From the NCBI RefSeq assembly GCF_003790525.1, contig NZ_CP033635.1: a stretch of DNA of 64,000 nt; one strand, 5' to 3'. The notes under the pieces were generated by a model, which ran no database searches, was not told the origin of the DNA, and saw only the letters and a list, made by a program, of their open reading frames with translations. The position numbers and the translations under genes were made by a program. The stretch comes from Escherichia coli (lineage in GTDB: Bacteria > Pseudomonadota > Gammaproteobacteria > Enterobacterales > Enterobacteriaceae). Below are positions 35,959 to 45,851 of this stretch, piece by piece (the stretch's first letter is position 1; each line of letters starts with the position of its first letter).

Positions 35959-36579
35959 TCAACGCGAAATAATCAAATGAATGCCAAATCCGGCAAATAA
36001 CGCCCCGGCAAAACCATCAATCCACTTCGCCAGACGTTGATAACCACGGCGCATTTGCGGCAGGGCAAACAGGCTGGCAACGACGGTAAACCACGCCAGT
36101 GTTTCGATAATAATCAACGCGAAAATGCCCCAGCGCTCAGTGGTGCCGACGTTATCGCCGACAAACAGCGAGAATACCGAACCAAAGTAGATAATCGCTT
36201 TCGGATTGGCGAGATTGGTCAGTAAGCCTTTCAGGAAACTGCGCCCGCTTTTTGCCAGCTCAACCTGTGGTGCAGGCGCAGAAACCGCCTCTTTTTTCAG
36301 TGCACCGCGTAGCATCTGGTAACCCATCCAGCAGAGATACAGGCCACCGCCCACCATAATCAGCGTATGCAGCCAGGCCATTTTTTCGATAATCAAATGT
36401 AGGCCAAGCAACGCAATCCCAGCCCAAACCATTACGCCGCAGGTAATGCCCAGCACGCCCATCATCGCTTCTTTACGGGAACGACTGACAGCGGTCTGAG
36501 AGACAAAAAAGAAATCGGGACCGGGGCTCATAAGCGCCACAATGTGCACCATGGCGACGGTGAGGAATAACATCAACAT
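35959..36579 (-). CDS. rhtC: Threonine efflux protein RhtC (LysE family)
   Basis: 206 aa, MLMLFLTVAMVHIVALMSPGPDFFFV... Confidence 0.9.
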   Translation of the reverse strand: MLMLFLTVAMVHIVALMSPGPDFFFVSQTAVSRSRKEAMMGVLGITCGVMVWAGIALLGLHLIIEKMAWLHTLIMVGGGLYLCWMGYQMLRGALKKEAVSAPAPQVELAKSGRSFLKGLLTNLANPKAIIYFGSVFSLFVGDNVGTTERWGIFALIIIETLAWFTVVASLFALPQMRRGYQRLAKWIDGFAGALFAGFGIHLIISR

Positions 36580-36642
36580 ACATTAGACTCGCGGGGGAAA
36601 CGTTTACGGAGTCTTCATCCTGGCACTTTTTTATGCTGCTGA

Positions 36643-38478
36643 CTACTCTTCGTCGTCACCATCGACATGCGCGCGGATAAGCGCCATAAACGGTTTACCA
36701 AAGCGTTCCAGCTTGCGCATCCCAACGCCGTTAACGCTGAGCATTTCGCTGGCGGTGATCGGCATCTGTTCAGCCATCTCAATCAAGGTTGCGTCGTTAA
36801 ACACCACGTACGGCGGGACATTGCTTTCATCGGCAATCGATTTACGCAGTTTGCGTAATTTGGCGAACAGTTTGCGATCATAGTTGCCGCCGAAGGATTT
36901 CTGCATCGCTTTCGGTTTGAGCGCCACGATACGCGGCACGGCAAGTTGCAAAGAGGATTCGCCGCGCAGCACCGGACGCGCAGCCTCTGTCAGTTGTAGG
37001 GCAGAATGCTGGGCAATATTTTGCGTCACCAGGCCGAGGTGAATCAGCTGGCGGATCACGCTCACCCAATGTTCATGGCTTTTATCACGGCCCATGCCAT
37101 AGACTTTCAGTTTGTCATGACCATAGTCGCGGATACGCTGATTATTAGCACCGCGAATAACTTCCACCACATAGCCCATCCCAAACCGCTGATTCACACG
37201 ACCAATGGTGGAAAGGGCAATCTGAGCATCGGTTGAACCATCGTATTGTTTCGGCGGATCGAGGCAGATATCGCAGTTCCCGCACGGCTCCTGCCGCCCT
37301 TCGCCAAAGTAGTTCAGCAGCACCAGACGACGGCAAGTTTGCGCTTCGGCAAACGCGCCCATCGCATTGAGTTTATGGCGCTCGATATCCTGCAATTGCC
37401 CCTGCGGCTTCTCTTCCAGACAACGGCGTAGCCACGCCATATCGGCCGGATCGTAAAACAGCATCGCTTCCGCGGGCAGGCCATCACGCCCGGCGCGACC
37501 GGTTTCCTGATAATAGGATTCGATATTGCGCGGAATATCAAAGTGGACCACGAAGCGGACGTTAGGCTTGTTGATGCCCATGCCAAACGCCACGGTCGCC
37601 ACCACAATTTGCAGGTCATCGCGCTGAAATTTTTCCTGCACGTCGGCGCGGACATTATTTTCCAGCCCGGCATGATAGGCCGCCGCGCTAATACCCTTGC
37701 TTTGCAGGCGCGCAGCGGTGTCTTCTACTTTCGCCCGGCTGTTGCAGTAGATAATGCCGGACTTACCGCGCTGTTCCTGCACGTAGCGCATCAACTGATC
37801 GAGCGGTTTGAACTTCTCCATCAGCATGTAGCGAATATTCGGACGATCAAAACTGCTGATTTGAATCAGCGGATCGTTCAGCCCCAGCAGGCGCACGATA
37901 TCCTGGCGCGTGGTGTCATCGGCTGTGGCAGTCAGCGCCATAAACGGCAGCGTCGGAAAACGCTGACGCAGCTGACCGAGGGCAGCGTATTCCGGGCGGA
38001 AATCGTGACCCCATTGGGAGATACAGTGCGCTTCATCAACGGCTAATAACACCGGATTCCAGTGCGCCAGATGCTCAAGAAAGTTATCCAGCATCAGGCG
38101 TTCCGGCGCGATATAAAGCAGGCGGATTTGCCCGGTGCGACAGCCTGTCATCACTTCAAGTTGCTGCTCGCGGGTTTGCGTCGAGTTAAGGCACACCGCC
38201 GCCACGCCGTTGGCTTGCAGTTGATCCACCTGATCTTTCATCAACGAAATCAGCGGTGAAACAACCACGGTAAGGCCGTTTAGCAATAAGGCAGGGATTT
38301 GATAGCAAAGGGATTTTCCGCCACCAGTGGGCATGACAACGAGGCAATCGCGGCCGGAAAGCACAGTGTCGATAATTTCTTCCTGGCCGGGGCGAAACTG
38401 TTGGTAGCCAAAGGTTTCTTGTAAAACCTGTTTAGCCCCGGACTCCAGATTCAACACTTCCGCCTGCGCCACATTCAC
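36643..38478 (-). CDS. recQ: ATP-dependent DNA helicase RecQ
   Basis: Helicase motifs ([18 protein letters not shown] box [18 protein letters not shown]), zinc-binding CGNCDNC, HRDC domain; exact start uncertain by a few codons. Confidence 0.95.
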   Translation of the reverse strand: MNVAQAEVLNLESGAKQVLQETFGYQQFRPGQEEIIDTVLSGRDCLVVMPTGGGKSLCYQIPALLLNGLTVVVSPLISLMKDQVDQLQANGVAAVCLNSTQTREQQLEVMTGCRTGQIRLLYIAPERLMLDNFLEHLAHWNPVLLAVDEAHCISQWGHDFRPEYAALGQLRQRFPTLPFMALTATADDTTRQDIVRLLGLNDPLIQISSFDRPNIRYMLMEKFKPLDQLMRYVQEQRGKSGIIYCNSRAKVEDTAARLQSKGISAAAYHAGLENNVRADVQEKFQRDDLQIVVATVAFGMGINKPNVRFVVHFDIPRNIESYYQETGRAGRDGLPAEAMLFYDPADMAWLRRCLEEKPQGQLQDIERHKLNAMGAFAEAQTCRRLVLLNYFGEGRQEPCGNCDICLDPPKQYDGSTDAQIALSTIGRVNQRFGMGYVVEVIRGANNQRIRDYGHDKLKVYGMGRDKSHEHWVSVIRQLIHLGLVTQNIAQHSALQLTEAARPVLRGESSLQLAVPRIVALKPKAMQKSFGGNYDRKLFAKLRKLRKSIADESNVPPYVVFNDATLIEMAEQMPITASEMLSVNGVGMRKLERFGKPFMALIRAHVDGDDEE

Positions 38479-38596
38479 CCCGATTGCCTGAAATAAAAAC
38501 AGGCGCTATTTTCAGCGCCTGCGCGAGAAACTGCAATGCTTTTAGTCTCTGAGAGGGTAATCCTGGATGCTGGATTCCAGATTTGCCAACCATTCA

Positions 38597-39466
38597 TCAA
38601 AACAGGTCGTTTAGCATAACTCCCACACCAACGCGGGTCTGGTTGAAGTTATAGTCGATGAGCGATTCGCCATAGCCGCTGTAAACCTGAGTATAAAGGC
38701 GCACATGTTTGGTGATCGGGTAACTTAAGCCTAACTCCGCGCCGCCGTAGCCCGTGTTCCAGTTGTACTGTCCTTTCGCACTCAACACCGCATCACCGAG
38801 GTGATAGCCGATTTTAAGCTGGTAGTAACCCATATATTTGGTGATATCCGGGTTATCGTCAGTATTACCCACCACATACCACGGCTTCACCTCTACCAGC
38901 CAGTTACCGTTTTCTGCCATCAGGCGTGTATAAAGGCGGTTCCAGCTGCGGGAGGTCGGGTCTGAACGCCCGTTAGAGTCGTGGTTATAACCCATCTCCA
39001 CATCGCGCAGCGTCCAACCTGCAAAACGGTAATCGGTGGCAAAACCGAGGAACAATTGCGGTTCGTAGTTGGTTTCACGAAACGGTGAAGACTCTTCGCT
39101 ATTGGACAGTTGCCACCAGGATTTTTGCGTGTAAGACGCACCCAATACCGAGTTCGGGCCTAAAATCCCACGCCACAGCGGAAATGCCAGGCTCAACTGA
39201 AACTTTACTTCATCCTTACGCGCATTTTCCGCCCAGTCGTAACTGGCAATCGCTTCTTTATTCAGATCGCTGGTTTGGGTGTAGATGATGTAGTTGGTGT
39301 CATAAGGATAAAGGGTGAACGGATTGTCATGCTCCTGCAGCATATTGGCGATAATACTGCCACGCACCGCTGGCGCGTCATGCACCTCTTTCACCGTTGC
39401 CTCTTGTGCATATACTGCCATAGGCAACATAAACACCGGCAACAACCAGCCCTGCAGAGTCCGCAT
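38597..39466 (-). CDS. pldA: Outer-membrane phospholipase A (OMPLA)
   Basis: 289 aa with signal peptide, beta-barrel, catalytic HDSNG motif. Confidence 0.95.
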   Translation of the reverse strand: MRTLQGWLLPVFMLPMAVYAQEATVKEVHDAPAVRGSIIANMLQEHDNPFTLYPYDTNYIIYTQTSDLNKEAIASYDWAENARKDEVKFQLSLAFPLWRGILGPNSVLGASYTQKSWWQLSNSEESSPFRETNYEPQLFLGFATDYRFAGWTLRDVEMGYNHDSNGRSDPTSRSWNRLYTRLMAENGNWLVEVKPWYVVGNTDDNPDITKYMGYYQLKIGYHLGDAVLSAKGQYNWNTGYGGAELGLSYPITKHVRLYTQVYSGYGESLIDYNFNQTRVGVGVMLNDLF

Positions 39467-39630
39467 CGCTCGTGTTCTCCGTAACGAATTATTGATAAGG
39501 TGAATATTTTTCTGCGGGCTATTTTACATACTTAACTCCATAGCCGTTAGTTATCCCTTCCTAAAGTAGAAATCAACAATAAAGAAGCATAAAATCAACA
39601 TTTCATTAACTAATGAAGTGTAAGGATGAT

Positions 39631-40098
39631 ATGTCTGCCGTACTGACCGCTGAACAAGCCCTGAAATTAGTGGGTGAGATGTTTGTTTATCACATGCCGT
39701 TTAACCGCGCATTGGGGATGGAACTGGAGCGTTACGAAAAAGAGTTCGCACAGCTGGCCTTTAAAAATCAGCCAATGATGGTGGGTAACTGGGCGCAAAG
39801 CATTTTGCACGGCGGGGTCATTGCGTCGGCGCTGGATGTCGCCGCCGGTCTGGTGTGCGTGGGAAGTACCTTAACCCGCCACGAAACCATCAGTGAAGAT
39901 GAACTACGCCAGCGGCTATCGCGGATGGGGACCATTGATCTTCGCGTCGATTATCTGCGCCCAGGCAGAGGCGAGCGTTTTACTGCTACCAGTAGCCTGT
40001 TACGTGCAGGCAATAAAGTCGCCGTCGCCCGCGTTGAATTACACAATGAAGAACAGCTTTATATTGCCAGTGCCACCGCCACCTATATGGTAGGTTGA
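39631..40098 (+). CDS. yigI: PaaI/YigI-type hotdog-fold thioesterase
   Basis: [33 protein letters not shown]... Confidence 0.85.
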   Translation: MSAVLTAEQALKLVGEMFVYHMPFNRALGMELERYEKEFAQLAFKNQPMMVGNWAQSILHGGVIASALDVAAGLVCVGSTLTRHETISEDELRQRLSRMGTIDLRVDYLRPGRGERFTATSSLLRAGNKVAVARVELHNEEQLYIASATATYMVG

Positions 40099-40149
40099 AG
40101 ACATAAAAGCAGGTAAACTGCTGTTACCAATTAAAAATGAGTATTCCCG

Positions 40150-41040
40150 ATGGATGCAAAACAAACGCGGCAGGGCGTATTACTCGCTCTTGCCGCTTAT
40201 TTTATTTGGGGTATTGCGCCAGCGTACTTCAAGCTGATTTACTACGTGCCCGCCGATGAGATCCTGACGCATCGCGTGATCTGGTCGTTTTTCTTTATGG
40301 TGGTGCTGATGAGCATTTGCCGCCAGTGGTCCTATTTAAAAACGCTGATTCAGACGCCACAGAAAATTTTTATGCTGGCAGTCTCTGCCGTGCTGATTGG
40401 TGGCAACTGGCTACTGTTTATCTGGGCGGTGAACAATCACCATATGCTGGAAGCGAGCCTTGGTTACTTTATTAACCCACTGGTGAACATTGTGCTGGGG
40501 ATGATTTTCCTCGGCGAGCGATTCCGCCGGATGCAATGGCTGGCGGTGATTCTGGCGATATGTGGCGTGTTGGTTCAGTTGTGGACTTTTGGTTCACTGC
40601 CGATTATCGCGCTGGGGCTGGCGTTTAGTTTTGCCTTCTACGGCCTGGTACGCAAGAAGATTGCTGTTGAAGCGCAAACCGGCATGTTAATCGAAACTAT
40701 GTGGTTGCTGCCCGTGGCGGCGATTTACCTGTTTGCTATTGCCGACAGCTCAACCAGCCATATGGGGCAAAACCCGATGTCGCTGAATTTACTGCTGATC
40801 GCCGCCGGTATTGTCACTACCGTACCGCTGTTGTGTTTTACTGCGGCTGCGACACGCCTGCGTCTCTCAACGTTAGGCTTTTTTCAGTACATTGGCCCGA
40901 CGCTGATGTTCCTGCTGGCTGTGACGTTTTATGGTGAAAAACCGGGTGCCGATAAGATGGTAACCTTCGCCTTTATTTGGGTGGCGCTGGCAATTTTTGT
41001 GATGGATGCGATTTATACGCAGCGTAGAACGTCCAAATAA
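40150..41040 (+). CDS. rarD: DMT-superfamily transporter RarD
   Basis: 296 aa, 10 TM helices, MDAKQTRQGVLLALAAYFIWGIAPAYFK... Confidence 0.9.
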   Translation: MDAKQTRQGVLLALAAYFIWGIAPAYFKLIYYVPADEILTHRVIWSFFFMVVLMSICRQWSYLKTLIQTPQKIFMLAVSAVLIGGNWLLFIWAVNNHHMLEASLGYFINPLVNIVLGMIFLGERFRRMQWLAVILAICGVLVQLWTFGSLPIIALGLAFSFAFYGLVRKKIAVEAQTGMLIETMWLLPVAAIYLFAIADSSTSHMGQNPMSLNLLLIAAGIVTTVPLLCFTAAATRLRLSTLGFFQYIGPTLMFLLAVTFYGEKPGADKMVTFAFIWVALAIFVMDAIYTQRRTSK

Positions 41041-41349
41041 AAAATAAATATATTCTGAAAAAATATGCCGACTCTTGCATGAGAGTGGGCATATTGCCAT
41101 GCTGACAGGAGACTCACATAAGGAAAGGCAGAATTTCCAGACGTCGTTGTATATTTTCATTTGCTTTAATAAATTTCATTTTTGGTAAATTCAGCATTAT
41201 GTTATTAGCGATGAGCAAGACCAATCATTAACCAAGTTCTCTTCAGAATGTAATGAAAAATGTGAAGTGCATTTCTTTTTTAAAATTTTTTACCCTATTA
41301 TTTCTTATCAAATTAACATTGCCCTTAATTATAAGAAAGGAGAATATAA

Positions 41350-42198
41350 ATGAACAACATATTAGGCTCATCAATTAATATGCCCTGTACACTTTTCGAA
41401 ACTATTACTTTATTCGATGATTTTTCTGCTGATGATATGCAGTATGGGGATATGGAAGAACAAGATTTTCTCTCACTCGGCTTAAGCGACATCTCTGCAA
41501 AAGTTGATCCTTACCGCCTCATTAAATACCATTTTCCTGGGCCGAATTCTACTTATGGTGCTTTTAGTGTTCCAACTTCTGGAACAAAAATATCACAAAG
41601 TGAATGTATTGATATTTTATTTGCAGAAATGAAAGATCTGGCAAAAATGTTTTCCTTTTTTGGACAATACAAAACACTCATCCAGGATCTGATTGATCAT
41701 TTTAGATATGGAAATGGCAACAGTTTCCATAGCCAGGAATTGAACTTATCTTTTCATGAACGAATAAACAAATATGATTATAATAGCCCAATACGTGTAA
41801 TCAAAGAATGTATCGAAAATGATATTTCTTCAACACCTACGATAGGATACCGGCCTCTTCTCCTACAAAAGATTAAGACCGAATTACTTTCATCAAGACT
41901 AAATAAATTCAATGATTTTAAAGATAATTTTAATGGCATGGGAATCAGCATTCATGATATCTCAGCTCAAAAAATATCTCTTTTAAATTTTCAAAAATAT
42001 CCTATGGGCTGGAGCGCTACCATTCATTTCATAGCACAAGACCACTTTGGTTTGGATGTGACTGATATAAAAAACAAGATTTACAACAAGTATAGATTTT
42101 TTCGCATATGGTTCTTTTTACAACGGCATAAAGACTTTGCTTTCAAACCTTTTTTCACCAATTTTAACACTATCGAAAGAATCGAAAATTATCTATGA
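41350..42198 (+). CDS. Hypothetical protein, 282 aa, acidic, no signal peptide or TM segment; function unknown (toxin/effector-like candidate)
   Basis: Long ORF in AT-rich DNA with strong RBS (agaaaggagaatataaATG); stop overlaps the next start (ATGA); I recognise no family motif with confidence. Confidence 0.55.
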   Translation: MNNILGSSINMPCTLFETITLFDDFSADDMQYGDMEEQDFLSLGLSDISAKVDPYRLIKYHFPGPNSTYGAFSVPTSGTKISQSECIDILFAEMKDLAKMFSFFGQYKTLIQDLIDHFRYGNGNSFHSQELNLSFHERINKYDYNSPIRVIKECIENDISSTPTIGYRPLLLQKIKTELLSSRLNKFNDFKDNFNGMGISIHDISAQKISLLNFQKYPMGWSATIHFIAQDHFGLDVTDIKNKIYNKYRFFRIWFFLQRHKDFAFKPFFTNFNTIERIENYL

Positions 42199-42692
42199 AA
42201 AGAAAACTCCAGAAAATTATATTATATTTATTTCTTCTATGCTGCATCTATAATTTATGGACATTGCGTCCTGTACAGATTTTGTATACATACTCTGATG
42301 CTGGCAATTCAGTCTTTCTGGTCGTTGATCATCTGCCATGGACTGACAGCGATAAAATAAATTGGTATCTGAAGCATCAGAATGAAATTAAAAATCAACA
42401 CCCCCTACCAGAAGGTAGTTGGCATACCTGGTATGTTATTGATATCGGTAATGGCTTCACTGACTATAAAAAATATATCGAAGGGCCGTATGAAGATCTC
42501 TACTGTTTCCCGACGATTAAGAGCAATGATAATTGCATCGTAAAAAACTATTTAATGGTTATTAATGAATATCCTTACCGTAATACTCATTTTTTTATTG
42601 CTGATAACAATGAGTATCAACTAACCCAGGAAAATAAGATAGAGCGAGTGTTCAACCCGCATGACTTTGAAAAAGACAATTTTCAGCAATAA
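42195..42692 (+). CDS. Hypothetical membrane-anchored protein, 165 aa, single N-terminal TM helix plus Trp/Tyr-rich soluble domain (immunity-like candidate)
   Basis: N-terminal KIILYLFLLCCIYNLWTL hydrophobic segment; ATGA coupling to the upstream ORF. Confidence 0.55.
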   Translation: MKRKLQKIILYLFLLCCIYNLWTLRPVQILYTYSDAGNSVFLVVDHLPWTDSDKINWYLKHQNEIKNQHPLPEGSWHTWYVIDIGNGFTDYKKYIEGPYEDLYCFPTIKSNDNCIVKNYLMVINEYPYRNTHFFIADNNEYQLTQENKIERVFNPHDFEKDNFQQ

Positions 42693-42720
42693 GCCGGATA
42701 AAGAACAATCTTTACCCGGC
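42693..42720. terminator. Hairpin (GCCGGATAAAGA-ACAA-TCTTTACCCGGC) between the cassette and the convergent corA 3' end; probable bidirectional terminator
   Basis: 12-bp stem with one mismatch, followed by a T-rich tract. Confidence 0.5.
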
Positions 42721-42727
42721 ATTTATA

Positions 42728-43678
42728 TTACAACCAGTTCTTCCGCTTAAAGTACAGATACGGTGCCAGGCCCGCGAGGATCATAAAGATAATCGCGCCA
42801 GGGTAGCCGAAGCTCCACTTCAGTTCCGGCATAAACTCAAAGTTCATCCCGTAGCTGGAAGCGACCAGCGTCGGTGGCAGGAACACCACGGATACCACCG
42901 AGAAGATTTTGATGATGCGGTTCTGCTCGATATTGATAAAGCCCATCGCCGCCTGCATCAGGAAGTTCACCTTCTGGAACAGGGATTCGTTATGCGGCAG
43001 CAGGGATTCGATATCTCGCAGGATTTCACGCGCCTGCTCCAGTTGCCCACCCGGTAAGCGTGCTTTACGTACCAGGAAGTTGAGCGCGCGCTGGGTATCC
43101 ATCAGACACAGGCGAACTTTCCAGCCGATATCTTCCAGTTCCGCCAGCGTGGAGAGCGCCTCGTCGTACTCATCGCCCTGATGCCCTTCCATAATTACCC
43201 GGCTCAACTGCTCCAGGTCACTGTAGATATTTTCAATTTCATCCGCCAACTGTTCGATTTTGGTTTCGAACAGATCCAGCAACAGCTCGTAGGCGTTACC
43301 GTCCACCATCGACTGGCTACGGGCACGCATACGATACAGACGAAAAGCGGGCAGTTCACGCTCACGCAGAGTAAACAGACGACCATCACGAATGGTAAAT
43401 GCCACAGTGGAGTTACCGGCGTGATCTTCCGCATCTTCAAAGAAGAAGAAGGAGTGAATATGCAGGCCGTCATCGTCTTCAAAGAAACGTGCCGATGCTT
43501 CGATGTCTTCCAGTTCCGGGCGGGTTGCCAGGCTCTGGCCAAGTTCAGATTGTACGCGCAGTCGCTCGTCGTCGTCCGGTTCGACAAGATCAATCCATAC
43601 TGCATTTACAAGGGGTTGTGACTCTTCGACTTCCAGCCGGGTCAGTCGGTTATTTTCCAGTTGAAATGCGCTCAGCAT
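42728..43678 (-). CDS. corA: Mg2+/Co2+ transport protein CorA
   Basis: [22 protein letters not shown]... and C-terminal [11 protein letters not shown] (GMN motif); start chosen at MLSAFQ. Confidence 0.95.
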   Translation of the reverse strand: MLSAFQLENNRLTRLEVEESQPLVNAVWIDLVEPDDDERLRVQSELGQSLATRPELEDIEASARFFEDDDGLHIHSFFFFEDAEDHAGNSTVAFTIRDGRLFTLRERELPAFRLYRMRARSQSMVDGNAYELLLDLFETKIEQLADEIENIYSDLEQLSRVIMEGHQGDEYDEALSTLAELEDIGWKVRLCLMDTQRALNFLVRKARLPGGQLEQAREILRDIESLLPHNESLFQKVNFLMQAAMGFINIEQNRIIKIFSVVSVVFLPPTLVASSYGMNFEFMPELKWSFGYPGAIIFMILAGLAPYLYFKRKNWL

Positions 43679-44047
43679 GACCGGGACTCCCAATGCTTAA
43701 AATATCGGACAGTTCGGTGGGCACACAGAAACAAATTGGGTTTCAGACCATTAAACAGCCTGACTCAGCGCGACGGGAAAAATTGAGGTCGCTGACAACC
43801 GCTAAGGCTATCAGCAAAAAGGGATAGCCTTAGGAGTTGATCCTGGATGACAGGATAGTGAGCCAGTATCTACTGGGTGTGTCCAAGGCGAATGTCCTCT
43901 TAGAGTGATCGTGCGCGCATGTTACGCCAGCAAAATTTTGCCGTCAACACGCAACAGAACACCACAGAACAATAGTTGAACTTCGCGCTTTTTGGTACTC
44001 GTCAAGGTCGCTAACAGGATAAAAAAATCCCACATCCAGGACCTATA

Positions 44048-44812
44048 ATGGCGCATCGGCTACTCATTGGTAAAGGAATGATCACCTTGAATCTCAAACG
44101 GATTTTTCTCACCTTCACCTTACTTCCCTTGTTTGCTGTTGCCGCTGATGATTGCGCACTCTCAGATCCGACGCTGACCGTACAGGCGTATACCGTTAAT
44201 CCTCAAACAGAGCGGGTGAAAATGTACTGGCAAAAAGCCAATGGCGAAGCGTGGGGAACGTTACATGCTCTGCTGGCGGATATGAATAGTCAGGGTCAGG
44301 TGCAGATGGCGATGAACGGCGGCATCTATGATGAAAGCTATGCGCCGCTCGGTTTGTACATCGAAAACGGTCAGCAGAAGGTGGCGTTAAATCTCGCTTC
44401 AGGTGAAGGGAATTTCTTTATTCGTCCTGGCGGCGTGTTTTATGTCGCGGGAGATAAAGTCGGCATCGTTCGTCTGGATGCCTTTAAAACCAGTAAAGAG
44501 ATTCAGTTTGCAGTGCAGTCAGGGCCAATGTTATTAGAAAACGGCGTAATTAATCCACGCATTCACCCGAATGTTGCCTCGCGTAAAATTCGTAACGGTG
44601 TAGGGATTAATAAACAAGGGAACGCCGTGTTTTTGTTGAGCCAGCAGGCGACAAATTTTTATGATTTTGCCTGCTATGCCAAAGCGAAACTGAACGTTGA
44701 GCAGCTGCTTTATCTTGATGGCACAATTTCACATATGTATATGAAAGGCTGGGCAATCCCGTGGCAACACTATCCTTTTGTTACCATGATTTCCGTCGAG
44801 TGGAAAGGTTAA
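44048..44812 (+). CDS. yigE: DUF2233-family periplasmic protein YigE
   Basis: 254 aa with N-terminal signal-like segment; matches my recollection of YigE. Confidence 0.8.
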   Translation: MAHRLLIGKGMITLNLKRIFLTFTLLPLFAVAADDCALSDPTLTVQAYTVNPQTERVKMYWQKANGEAWGTLHALLADMNSQGQVQMAMNGGIYDESYAPLGLYIENGQQKVALNLASGEGNFFIRPGGVFYVAGDKVGIVRLDAFKTSKEIQFAVQSGPMLLENGVINPRIHPNVASRKIRNGVGINKQGNAVFLLSQQATNFYDFACYAKAKLNVEQLLYLDGTISHMYMKGWAIPWQHYPFVTMISVEWKG

Positions 44813-44894
44813 GCATTGTACACTCGAGGAGGCCAGACAAACTGGGACTGGCTACACAGCTGGAAAATCATCAGATAAATGAAGGGAAACAAAA

Positions 44895-45797
44895 ATGAAA
44901 AAAAGGCTCGCAACGTTATTTTTATTAACGTGTCTGGGATCATCATCCGCCTATGCGGATAACGCTTTGATTTTACAAACTGATTTTAGCCTGAAAGATG
45001 GTGCCGTCTCGGCGATGAAAGGGGTCGCATTCGGCGTTGACCATAATCTTAAAATCTTTGATTTAACACACGAAATTCCACCGTATAACATCTGGGAAGG
45101 CGCTTATCGCCTGTATCAGACTGCCAGTTACTGGCCGCAAGGTTCGGTGTTTGTTAGCGTGGTCGATCCGGGCGTAGGCACTGACCGTAAATCGGTAGTG
45201 CTGAAAACCAAAAACGGTCAATACTTCGTTTCACCAGATAACGGTACGCTCACTTTGGTGGCACAAACTCTGGGTATTGATAGCGTCCGAGAAATCGACG
45301 AAAAAGCTAACCGCCTGAAAGGTTCTGAAAAGTCATATACCTTCCACGGTCGTGACGTGTATGCCTACACCGGTGCGCGTCTGGCTTCCGGGGCGATTAC
45401 GTTCGAACAGGTGGGGCCAGAGCTTCCTGCAAAAGTTGTCGAACTTTCTTATCAGAAAGCAAAAGCAACAAAAGGTGAAGTGAAGGGCAATATCCCGATT
45501 CTCGATATTCAGTACGGCAACGTCTGGAGCAATATCAGCGACGAGTTGCTGAATCAGGCAGGAATCAAACTCAACGACACGTTGTGTGTGACCATTTCCG
45601 AAGGTTCCCAGCAAAAATACGCAGGGAAAATGCCATATGTCGCAAGCTTCGGCGATGTGCCGGAAGGCCAGCCGATGGTGTATCTGAACAGCTTATTGAA
45701 TGTTTCCGTGGCGCTGAATATGGATAATTTTGCGCAGAAACATCAGGTTGCGTCTGGTGCTGACTGGAATATTGATGTGAAGAAGTGCGCTAAGTAA
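44895..45797 (+). CDS. SAM hydrolase / SAM-hydroxide adenosyltransferase-like protein (DUF62 fold) with N-terminal signal peptide
   Basis: Signal peptide MKKRLATLFLLTCLGSSSAYA; VFVSVVDPGVGTDR matches the DPGVGT motif of the fluorinase/chlorinase/SAM-hydrolase family. Confidence 0.6.
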   Translation: MKKRLATLFLLTCLGSSSAYADNALILQTDFSLKDGAVSAMKGVAFGVDHNLKIFDLTHEIPPYNIWEGAYRLYQTASYWPQGSVFVSVVDPGVGTDRKSVVLKTKNGQYFVSPDNGTLTLVAQTLGIDSVREIDEKANRLKGSEKSYTFHGRDVYAYTGARLASGAITFEQVGPELPAKVVELSYQKAKATKGEVKGNIPILDIQYGNVWSNISDELLNQAGIKLNDTLCVTISEGSQQKYAGKMPYVASFGDVPEGQPMVYLNSLLNVSVALNMDNFAQKHQVASGADWNIDVKKCAK

Positions 45798-45851
45798 GGT
45801 GCTGATGCCGAATGCGGTGTGGCGCACCGCATCCTGCAACGGAGTTGTAAA

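Larger units (their letters stand above)
41041..42727. other. AT-rich accessory cassette between rarD and corA (where I recall yigF/yigG in K-12): two translationally coupled ORFs of unknown function
   Basis: Obvious drop in GC by eye (roughly one-third GC against ~50% flanks); AT-rich promoter-like leader; strong RBS aaaggag; terminator hairpin at the end. Confidence 0.65.
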
